Assembly (NCBI GenBank): GCA_011620345.1 | Contig: WOZJ01000014.1 | Coordinates: 1-50,439 of the forward strand | DNA: 50,439 nucleotides | Direction of reading: 5' to 3' | Origin: Nitrospirota bacterium | GTDB lineage: Bacteria; UBA2233 | Shown here: one piece after another, positions 40,205 to 47,529 of the stretch | How the letters are laid out: each line of letters begins with the position of its first letter | How positions within the stretch are numbered: the stretch's first letter is position 1 | The notes under the pieces: generated by a model | What the model was told of the DNA's origin: nothing | Database searches by the model: none | Seen by the model: only the letters and a program-made list of their open reading frames with translations | Translations under genes and position numbers: made by a program

Positions 40205-42028
40205 ATGTGCGGGATTGTAGGCTACATCGGCAGGGGACAGGCCCAAGAGATTCTCTTGGAGGGGCTAAAGCGCCTTGCGTACAGGGGGTACGATTCCTGC
40301 GGCATCGCTACCTATAATTCCGGAGAGCTTGCCCTTAGGAAGGCCCTGGGGAAGGTTACCAATCTGGAGACGCTATTAAACGAACAGCCGGCTAAAGGGA
40401 GCGTGGGCATTGGGCATACGAGATGGGCAACCCATGGTCGGCCTTCGCTTGTAAATGCCCATCCTATCCGTGTAGGCGCTTCTATTGTCGTCCATAACGG
40501 TATCATCGAAAACTATGCGGAACTAAAAGATGAGCTCCTAGGAAGAGGAAGGGTGTTCGAGACAGATACGGACACCGAGATTATCGCCCAGTTGATCGAG
40601 GAGGGAGTCCAATCAGGAAAGAGCCCAGAAGAGAGCCTCGATGAGGCTTTAGGCCGCTTGAGAGGTTCTTATGCGATCTTATTCTTTTGTCTTTTCAAGC
40701 CGGAAGCGCTCTTTCTTGCCAGAAAAGACCTCCCGCTTGTCGTTGGCAGGGGCAGGTTGGGGTTGTTTGCTTCGAGCGATACGTTCGCGATCGCTCCGTT
40801 TGCCGACGAGATCGGTTATGTGCCGGACGGAGCAGTGGTGGTCCTTCAAGGTGAAAGCCCTAAGGTGTTCCGCGAGAAAAGCGGGGCCGAGGCGTTTACG
40901 CTCGAAAGGCTCCTTGTCCGGGATATAGACATGGAGAAGAAGGGCTTCAAGCACTTCTTGCTGAAAGAGATCTTCGAACAGCCCCTGGCATTGACGAGGA
41001 CGCTCGAAGCGTACGTCAATGAAGATCTGGTCGCCTTTGACTCCCTAACCCACCTGGAGAATGAGAATCTCAACGACTTAGAGGTCGTCTACCTCATAGG
41101 TTGCGGGACAGCCTACCATGCGGCCATGCTTGGAAAGCGCTTCTTTCAGGAATTTGCCGGGATTGAGGCGGTTAGCGAAAGTGCATCCGAGTTCAGGCTT
41201 CGCGGGTATCTCAACCCAAAGAGCTGTGGCGTTTTGATTTCCCAATCCGGGGAGACCGCAGACACGCTCGCCGCCCTCAAGATGCTCCAAAAAGCAGGAA
41301 TCCCCTCGTTTGCGATCACCAACGTGGGTCATTCGACGCTTGCTAGAAGCACGCCCTCCCTCCTGACAAAGGCGGGCCCGGAGGTTTCGGTTGCCTCTAC
41401 GAAGGCGTTTACCACGCAGGTTCTCGTTTTGTACCTTCTTGCCCTTTGGCTTGGGCTCAGAAGAGGCAGGATGGATCCTAATACCCTAGACTCTAAACTC
41501 TCGACCCTCAGGGGGCTTGCAGCCTCGATAGACCAGGTGTTGAACCTCTTTCCAGTGGTTAAACGGCTTGCGGGTGGGCTTTTGGATGCTGGGTACCTTG
41601 TGTACCTAGGCAGGGGTTCTTTCATGCCGCTTGCACTCGAGGGTGCGCTCAAAATCAAGGAGATTGCCTACGTTCATGCAGAGGGTTACCCGGCGGGGGA
41701 AATGAAGCACGGACCGATCGCGTTGATTGAGCCCGGCGTTCACGTTATTGCACTTCTCGATGCCAACGATGGGATCCATCGAGACAAGATGCTAGCAACG
41801 ATCGAGGAGATGCGTTCGCGGGGGGCAGAGGTTCTTTTGGTGCACACCGGCCATCTTGATAAGGCATGCGCATTCCCGACGCTTGCCTTGCCCCCGGTTG
41901 GATGCCCTTTCCTTGCCACGATCCCGGTTGCCGTAATGCTTCAGCTGCTCGCCTATGCCGTAGCGGTGCTTAAAGGTACAGATGTCGACCAGCCGAGGAA
42001 CTTGGCCAAGAGCGTCACGGTAGAGTAG
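40205..42028 (+). CDS. glmS: Glutamine--fructose-6-phosphate aminotransferase
   Basis: MCGIVG, YRGYDS, GHTRWATHG, HNGIIEN, SQSGETADT, ASTKAFT, EMKHGP, PRNLAKSVTVE. Confidence 0.98.
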   Translation: MCGIVGYIGRGQAQEILLEGLKRLAYRGYDSCGIATYNSGELALRKALGKVTNLETLLNEQPAKGSVGIGHTRWATHGRPSLVNAHPIRVGASIVVHNGIIENYAELKDELLGRGRVFETDTDTEIIAQLIEEGVQSGKSPEESLDEALGRLRGSYAILFFCLFKPEALFLARKDLPLVVGRGRLGLFASSDTFAIAPFADEIGYVPDGAVVVLQGESPKVFREKSGAEAFTLERLLVRDIDMEKKGFKHFLLKEIFEQPLALTRTLEAYVNEDLVAFDSLTHLENENLNDLEVVYLIGCGTAYHAAMLGKRFFQEFAGIEAVSESASEFRLRGYLNPKSCGVLISQSGETADTLAALKMLQKAGIPSFAITNVGHSTLARSTPSLLTKAGPEVSVASTKAFTTQVLVLYLLALWLGLRRGRMDPNTLDSKLSTLRGLAASIDQVLNLFPVVKRLAGGLLDAGYLVYLGRGSFMPLALEGALKIKEIAYVHAEGYPAGEMKHGPIALIEPGVHVIALLDANDGIHRDKMLATIEEMRSRGAEVLLVHTGHLDKACAFPTLALPPVGCPFLATIPVAVMLQLLAYAVAVLKGTDVDQPRNLAKSVTVE

Positions 42029-42044
42029 AAAGCTCTGTGGAGAG

Positions 42045-42081
42045 AAACAAAAAGGGGCAGGTAACCTGCCCCTTTTTGTTT
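42045..42081. terminator. Bidirectional Rho-independent terminator between glmS and the RRM gene
   Basis: Perfect inverted repeat AAACAAAAAGGGGCAGG-taa-CCTGCCCCTTTTTGTTT between convergent genes. Confidence 0.9.
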
Positions 42082-42096
42082 GATGGATGTCGCCGG

Positions 42097-42360
42097 CTAC
42101 CGGCCGTATCCCATACGCGGCTTTGGCTTGGGAGGTCTTGCCTCGTTCACGCGGAGCGTACGCCCCGAGAAGTTCTGGCCGTCTAAGGCCTCCTTGGCCT
42201 TCACCGCATCGCTCTGTGAGCCCATTTCCACGAAGCCGAAACCTTTGCCCTCGATTACTCGAACGCTCTTGACTTCGCCGTACTTCGAAAATAGCTCCTT
42301 GAGCTGCTCGTCGTCTACAGAATAGGTTAGGTTGCCTACGTAAAGTTTACTGCCTTGCAC
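42097..42360 (-). CDS. RRM (RNP-1) RNA-binding protein
   Basis: KLYVGNL (RNP2), KGFGFVEM (RNP1), GRTLRVNEARP; GTG 42360 preceded by AAGGA. Confidence 0.93.
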   Translation of the reverse strand: MQGSKLYVGNLTYSVDDEQLKELFSKYGEVKSVRVIEGKGFGFVEMGSQSDAVKAKEALDGQNFSGRTLRVNEARPPKPKPRMGYGR

Positions 42361-42566
42361 TTCTGTGTCCTTCTGCGAAAAAAAGTCCATACGAGCCATT
42401 CCCTGTTCGTTTAGTTGATTCTGTGAAGGATAAAAGAAAAAACAGTCGGTTCCGCGCTACCTCATGCCCTCAAACAGCACACCTCCTTATGCTCCGTTCT
42501 CGTTGCAATTCCCTTGCCTTTCTAGGGGTAAGCGCAGCTCGCCCCTTTGGACAGGCTCGGAGCCAA

Positions 42567-42739
42567 CCTTGTGATGTGACCGCTTGTGTGCCGTGACGAG
42601 CGAGAACCGGTACGGACAAGAGATGACAAAAGGACCAACTTTCCATCCAGGCGGGCAACCTACGCATCGTTTCACCCGATCATTCTCATCGGCAGCATCT
42701 CCGGAAGTTCCGAGGACACCTGATAAGTCCATCACAAAG
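42567..42739 (-). ncRNA. Candidate structured RNA or 5' leader (~173 nt rod-like fold)
   Basis: 5' CUUUGUGAUG-GAC pairs with 3' GUC-a-CAUCACAAGG; nested helices; begins at the predicted TSS; family not identified. Confidence 0.4.
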
Positions 42740-42747
42740 ACATTTTT

Positions 42748-42776
42748 AGGCTAAAATATTTTCGACGTTTTGTCAA
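42748..42776 (-). promoter_or_regulatory. Candidate sigma70 promoter for the structured RNA / RRM gene
   Basis: TTGACA-N17-TAGCCT overlapping the end of the nucleotidyltransferase gene. Confidence 0.55.
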
Positions 42777-43692
42777 GCATTCTCCGGACAAGCCGAATAT
42801 TCTTCTTTGCGTAACCTAGACCAAAAAGCCCTCTGTCCAAAGCCTCCCCTTGGCCAAAAAGGAAGCTTAGGAGCACCCCTGTACGAAGCCATGGGAGCAT
42901 GGGGAGTGCCTGAAAGGCGAAAGTGCTACCCTCGGACGGTTCGCTTCGCCCATTTCCTGGGGAAACGGCCAGCATGGCGGCCAGTGCCCCGTCTAGGCCA
43001 AGCATTCGGATATCCAAGACGAGCCTTCCTAGGTCTAGCCCCCGATCCACGAGAACCCGTTCGAGCTCTTGCCGAATCCGTTCTGCCGCGACGCAACCTA
43101 GGATGCCCGATGCAAGGCTTGCCCGAATGGCGGCTTGGAATCCAGGCTCCAAGGTGAAGCCGAGAGTATGATGAAGCCTAAGCGCCCTTATGACGCGTAC
43201 CGGATCGTCAAGGAGTGTGGCCAGCGGATCCTTCGGCGTCTTGATCCTTTTTTCTGTCAAGTCTTTCATGCCTAAGCCGAGTGGATCGTCGACAACTAGG
43301 GCTTGGTTTTGGCCCGGCAAGCCGATACAGGCGTTAATGGTGAAGTCGCGAAGTTTTAGATCTTCCTTAAGAGAGCCCCCACGCAAAGGGAGAATGTCGA
43401 ACGCCACCCCAAGCCCTTGATGGACATAGCGGTACCGGACGTCCTTCGTCCCCTTTAAGACATAGGGCCCTTTTGTCCCCGGAAGGAAGTAAAGCAGTGC
43501 TTCGCGTAGCGCGTCCGGGTTGATGTCGGACAATGCCACGGCGTCGAGCTCCTCTACGTGCCTTGAAAGCAGCCAGTCGCGGATGCATCCCCCTACGAGC
43601 ACAATCGGAACGCCTAAACGCCGGCAACGAAAAAGCCAAGGGACAAGCCAAGACCATTGCCTTGGGTTTTGATAGAAGAAAAGCTCCCTCAA
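42751..43692 (-). CDS. Class II tRNA nucleotidyltransferase / poly(A) polymerase family, probably CC-adding type
   Basis: VGGCIRD.LL...ELD, EDLKLRDFTINA, DDPVRVIRALR, VAAERIRQEL; no HD domain. Confidence 0.8.
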   Translation of the reverse strand: MRELFFYQNPRQWSWLVPWLFRCRRLGVPIVLVGGCIRDWLLSRHVEELDAVALSDINPDALREALLYFLPGTKGPYVLKGTKDVRYRYVHQGLGVAFDILPLRGGSLKEDLKLRDFTINACIGLPGQNQALVVDDPLGLGMKDLTEKRIKTPKDPLATLLDDPVRVIRALRLHHTLGFTLEPGFQAAIRASLASGILGCVAAERIRQELERVLVDRGLDLGRLVLDIRMLGLDGALAAMLAVSPGNGRSEPSEGSTFAFQALPMLPWLRTGVLLSFLFGQGEALDRGLFGLGYAKKNIRLVRRMLDKTSKIF

Positions 43693-43698
43693 GCAGCG

Positions 43699-44757
43699 TT
43701 ACCCGCTCAACCCTTCGAACAAGGAAGGCTCACGTTTTATAACATCCAAGGACGGAGCAGGGGACGATTCTTCTTGAGATGGATCACTTACGAAGCGTGC
43801 GACGTCTCTGAGGAGGTAGCGACCAAGCCAACGGTTATATCCTGTCCACGGCCCCGCATCCTCTTCTCCGCTTTGCTGCCGGATAAACTCTCTTATCTGG
43901 AAAAGCTTTGAATCGATTTCATCTAAATAGTACAATACGATCGCTTCGGCGAATTTTGGGCGCTTTGGAGAGCCGAACTCGTAGGTGCCCTGATGAGAAA
44001 GGATCATGTGGAGCACAACGCTCCGTAGGCTCCTGGGAAAACCTCGAATCTTGGACATGCGCTTTTCGGCCATCATCGCCCCCAGCGTAATGTGCCCCAA
44101 AAGCCTTCCTTCGTCCGTGTATATGCCTTCGTGATCCGGGTCGAGCTCTTCCACTTTCCCGATGTCGTGCAGGAATGCGCCTGTCAGTAAGAGGTCTAAG
44201 CTTAACGCACTGTAGTGTTCTTTGAGTTTTACGCAAAGTCCCATGATCGAGACGGTGTGCTCCAAAAGCCCGCCTTCGTGCGAATGGTGAATCTCCTTGC
44301 CCCCTGGGGCATGGCCAAAACGCTCCATGAACGCCCTATCTTCAAGAAAAATTATAAGGAGCTTGCGCAGATAGGCGTTTTCTATCTTGAGAGAGAGGTC
44401 TTTTAAGCGTGCCAACAGCCAGTGCTTGCGCCCAAGCGGAAGAATGTCTAGCCGTTCCTTGACCCAAGGGTCTTCCGGGACCTTGGCGAGCGACTTGATG
44501 GTCATACATCGTTTTCCTAGGTAAGAAGAGCCAACGCCCTCGACCCGAAAGGTTTCGCCTTGGCGAAGCGCTTCTTCGAGCCGTTCTAGGTCTGGGTTCC
44601 ATAGTGTAGCGTCGAGCGTGCCAGATTTATCCTCGAACACCAGCCGAAGATAGGGGTCGTTGACTTTTGAGCGCTTTCGCTCTTTAATTTTTAGACGCAC
44701 GATCGTAACGAAGGGTTTTCCAGGGAGAACGTCTTTAAGCCAAGTGAGCTCGTTCAT
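43699..44757 (-). CDS. YhaM-family 3'-5' exoribonuclease (OB fold + HD domain)
   Basis: PYL.L...DKSG.LDA.LW OB fold; HH...GGLLEH, LHDIGK, EGRLLGHI, HMILSH.G..EFGSP..P. Confidence 0.88.
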   Translation of the reverse strand: MNELTWLKDVLPGKPFVTIVRLKIKERKRSKVNDPYLRLVFEDKSGTLDATLWNPDLERLEEALRQGETFRVEGVGSSYLGKRCMTIKSLAKVPEDPWVKERLDILPLGRKHWLLARLKDLSLKIENAYLRKLLIIFLEDRAFMERFGHAPGGKEIHHSHEGGLLEHTVSIMGLCVKLKEHYSALSLDLLLTGAFLHDIGKVEELDPDHEGIYTDEGRLLGHITLGAMMAEKRMSKIRGFPRSLRSVVLHMILSHQGTYEFGSPKRPKFAEAIVLYYLDEIDSKLFQIREFIRQQSGEEDAGPWTGYNRWLGRYLLRDVARFVSDPSQEESSPAPSLDVIKREPSLFEGLSG

Positions 44758-44830
44758 CCTATCTCCTGGGCCTTATAGCTCCCTTATGTTTAGCCCGGCA
44801 AACAGCGTACAACAACCACAATCCAGGTCA

Positions 44831-44859
44831 ATTCTAACAATAAAACGCAGAAAGTGCAA
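44831..44859 (-). promoter_or_regulatory. Candidate sigma70 promoter for the HD nuclease / nucleotidyltransferase pair
   Basis: TTGCAC-N17-TAGAAT with TGn extension. Confidence 0.55.
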
Positions 44860-44957
44860 GGATTTCGTTTTAAGATGGGCTTTTTTAAGGGACTGTCCTT
44901 GTAATGCATAGCCATTCAGTGTCCCCTTTAGTCTATGCGTAAGTGGGGGATCCGGTT

Positions 44958-45830
44958 TTGAGTTTGACAAACCCCATAAAGTGCCGCACAAAAGCGCTTA
45001 TTGAGCTTAAGGAGGCGTTTTGGAAGCAGCTTCCGTCCTCGGTTTGGAAGGATCCTGTGATTTTTTTACGCTCGTACGAAGACCCGAAGGATGTCGAATT
45101 GGTGGGGTTCCTCGCCGCTACCCTCGCATTTGGGAGTGTTTCTGTCTTGAAGGGGCGTCTGGAAGCGCTGTTCTTGGCGCTTGGCCCTTCTCCATGGCAA
45201 AGCCTGTGTCATTATGATAGGGAGCGAACGAGGCTTGCCGACGCGCTGTCCGGCTGGAAGTACAGGTTTATCCCGTCCGAGGCGCTCATTCGGCTTCTTG
45301 GGGGCCTAGCCCGCATCCTCCAAGCCCACGGCAGCCTGGAAGCCTTGTTCATGGAGGAATACCTAGGCTCTGGGGAGGTATGGGAGGCGAGCGGGGCCTT
45401 TCTTAAACGCTTGAGGCAGGAGGCAGTCTCTAAGGGGCAGTCCCCTGGGCGCTCAATCTTGTTTCTCTTGCCCCAAGGCAATGCGTCCCCTTTGAAGCGC
45501 TTGAACCTATTCTTGCGTTGGATGGTCCGCAAGGACGGGTTTGATCATGGGCTTTGGAAGGGGATTCCGAAGGATAGATTATTCGCCCCCTTGGACACGC
45601 ACGTGTTTCGCCTCGGGAGACAGCTTGGGCTCATCCAGGCCAAGACGCCAGGCAAAAAAGCCTGCATCCAGCTTACGGAGGCCTTTCTTGAGGCATGTCC
45701 TGAAGATCCGCTGTCCTTCGATATGCCCCTTTCTCATTTTGGAATGATGCGGACGTGCAGTAATCGGTTTGAGCCCGGGGTTTGTCGGGCTTGTCCCTTG
45801 AAGCCTGTCTGCATGCTCGCCCAACCATAA
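44958..45830 (+). CDS. TIGR02757/DUF2400-family protein (HhH-GPD-like)
   Basis: DPV.F...Y, D.E..GF.AA.LAFG, SPLKRLNLFLRWMVRKD..D.GLW, PLDTHV, P.DP..FD; start TTG 44958 or GTG 44943. Confidence 0.85.
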   Translation: MSLTNPIKCRTKALIELKEAFWKQLPSSVWKDPVIFLRSYEDPKDVELVGFLAATLAFGSVSVLKGRLEALFLALGPSPWQSLCHYDRERTRLADALSGWKYRFIPSEALIRLLGGLARILQAHGSLEALFMEEYLGSGEVWEASGAFLKRLRQEAVSKGQSPGRSILFLLPQGNASPLKRLNLFLRWMVRKDGFDHGLWKGIPKDRLFAPLDTHVFRLGRQLGLIQAKTPGKKACIQLTEAFLEACPEDPLSFDMPLSHFGMMRTCSNRFEPGVCRACPLKPVCMLAQP

Positions 45831-45850
45831 CCGCCGGAGGGTTAAAGACT

Positions 45851-47107
45851 ATGGGTACCTCTCAGCCATACTCCATTGACCAGATTTTTGAGGAGGTCGA
45901 CCGAAGAAAGCATGCCATCGGCCAGACGCTTTGCGACCTGATCGGGTTCGACACCTCAAACCCTCCAGGGCGCAATTATCCAGAGCTCTGCGCCTATATC
46001 CGCTCTTTCCTCGCTCCGCTGGGCTGGAGCTTTGAAGAAATCCTTGTTGAACAATCGAAGCTTGAGGGGCTTCCATTCTTGCTCGAAGGCGATCGTGTCA
46101 ACCTTGTTGCGAAGGGTCCGTTCAAAAGGCCTCCGGTAAGCCTTTACGCACACTTGGACGTTGTCCCTGCCCAAGCCCAAGAGGGATGGAGCTCCCCTCC
46201 GTTTCGCGGCGTGATCGTGGACGATTGCGTATTCGGCCGCGGGGCCGTCGATATGAAGGGTGCGATGGCCTGCGTGCTTTTTGTGGCGCACCTTTTGGGC
46301 AAACTTGGGATCGAGCCTAGGTATAATCCGGTCGGCCTGTTCTGCACGGACGAAGAGATCGGCGGGTATCCAGGGGTTTACGAGGTTGCTCTCCAAGGAA
46401 AGATCCAAGGCCCGCTTCTTTGGCTCGAGGGGGGAGGGCAATGGCCTGTCTTGTTGACCTCGCTTTTGGGCTCGATGGAAGTCCATCTGACATTCCTTGG
46501 CAAAGGTGCGCATGTGGCGCTTCCTTTCTTGGGGGACAATGCGCTCGAAAAGGCAATTCCGGCGCTTGCAAGCCTGTTGGAATACAAACGTTCCCTTTCT
46601 TCGAGGCTTACCGATGAACCGCTGCTATTTTTTCCGGACAAGAGAATGGGCTCAACGATGAACATCACAATGATCCAATCTGGCCTAAAGGCGAACATCA
46701 TCCCCGATACCTGCAGCGTGGTTATCGACAGGCGCTTTACCCAGGAGGAGAGTTTTGAGGGAATAAGGGAGGAGATGGAATCGCTCCTTGCCGGGTTCGA
46801 GAATGTCCGCCTCGAGGCCCATCATTTCTACGACCCTGTCCAAGTTGCATGGGATACGCCATGGCACCAGAAAAAAATCGATGCGCTGTCCAAAATTTAC
46901 GGGTTAAGCTCGACGATGTTTAAGAAAGGGGGAATGGGGGGCGCCTCCGATATGAGCTACATTCAGAAGGCCTGCCCGGATGTGCCGATCGTAGGGATGG
47001 GGGTTATGAGTCCAAGGTCAAAAGGCGCGCATGCCGCCGACGAGGCCGTCCATTTGGACGATCTGGCAGGTCTTGCCAAGGAGATTCTCTACATGCTGCT
47101 TGTATAG
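45851..47107 (+). CDS. M20 (ArgE/DapE-like) metallopeptidase/deacylase
   Basis: NPPG, AHLDVVP, GRGAVDMKG, DEEIGG, G..AH, NIIPD, GGASD, AHAADE. Confidence 0.9.
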   Translation: MGTSQPYSIDQIFEEVDRRKHAIGQTLCDLIGFDTSNPPGRNYPELCAYIRSFLAPLGWSFEEILVEQSKLEGLPFLLEGDRVNLVAKGPFKRPPVSLYAHLDVVPAQAQEGWSSPPFRGVIVDDCVFGRGAVDMKGAMACVLFVAHLLGKLGIEPRYNPVGLFCTDEEIGGYPGVYEVALQGKIQGPLLWLEGGGQWPVLLTSLLGSMEVHLTFLGKGAHVALPFLGDNALEKAIPALASLLEYKRSLSSRLTDEPLLFFPDKRMGSTMNITMIQSGLKANIIPDTCSVVIDRRFTQEESFEGIREEMESLLAGFENVRLEAHHFYDPVQVAWDTPWHQKKIDALSKIYGLSSTMFKKGGMGGASDMSYIQKACPDVPIVGMGVMSPRSKGAHAADEAVHLDDLAGLAKEILYMLLV

Positions 47108-47116
47108 GAGAAGGCG

Positions 47117-47401
47117 ATGTCTGGAGCCGTTTGTAGGGTCAGGGTTGCTGTCGAAGGGCGAGTTCATGGGGTGAACTTTCGCGCGTTTACGAGCGAGCAT
47201 GCAAGAAGTCTGGGCCTGAAAGGCTACGTAAAAAACCTTCCCGATGGAAGCGTGGAGGCCGTGATCGAGGGCGATCCAGAAGGGGTTGAGCGCCTCGTTG
47301 AGGCCCTTAAGGAAGGCCCGCCGGCCGCATACGTAACAGGGCTTCGCGTGGAGGAGGAAAAACCAACCGGAGAGTTCGTGGACTTTGAAATCCGCCGCTA
47401 A
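47117..47401 (+). CDS. acyP: Acylphosphatase
   Basis: GRVHGVNFR, GYVKNLPDGSVE, GPPAA.V, FEIR. Confidence 0.95.
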   Translation: MSGAVCRVRVAVEGRVHGVNFRAFTSEHARSLGLKGYVKNLPDGSVEAVIEGDPEGVERLVEALKEGPPAAYVTGLRVEEEKPTGEFVDFEIRR

Positions 47402-47414
47402 GCGTTGAAGAGGG

Positions 47415-47491
47415 TGGTGCGCCCAAGAGGATTCGAACCTCTGACCTTTGGATTCGTAGTCCAACGCTCTATCCAGCTGAGCTATGGGCGC
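47415..47491 (-). tRNA. tRNA-Arg (ACG), CCA encoded
   Basis: GCGCCCATAGCTCAGCTGGATAGAGCGTTGGACTACGAATCCAAAGGTCAGAGGTTCGAATCCTCTTGGGCGCACCA folds as a cloverleaf with anticodon ACG. Confidence 0.97.
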
Positions 47492-47499
47492 AAAAAATC

Positions 47500-47529
47500 A
47501 TCATAACGTGGAGAGAGCCATGCGGTCAA
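47500..47529 (-). promoter_or_regulatory. Candidate sigma70 promoter of tRNA-Arg
   Basis: TTGACC-N18-TATGAT ending 8 nt before the tRNA 5' end. Confidence 0.55.

Noticed and set aside
42361..42740. CsrB-like GGA-repeat sRNA or known riboswitch (SAM-I, glmS ribozyme)
   Set aside because: About 12 GGA motifs, but not in repeated hairpin loops; no riboswitch core recognised; region is downstream of and antisense to glmS
47415..47491. tRNA-anchored genomic island
   Set aside because: No integrase, no duplicate of the tRNA 3' end seen, flanks look native
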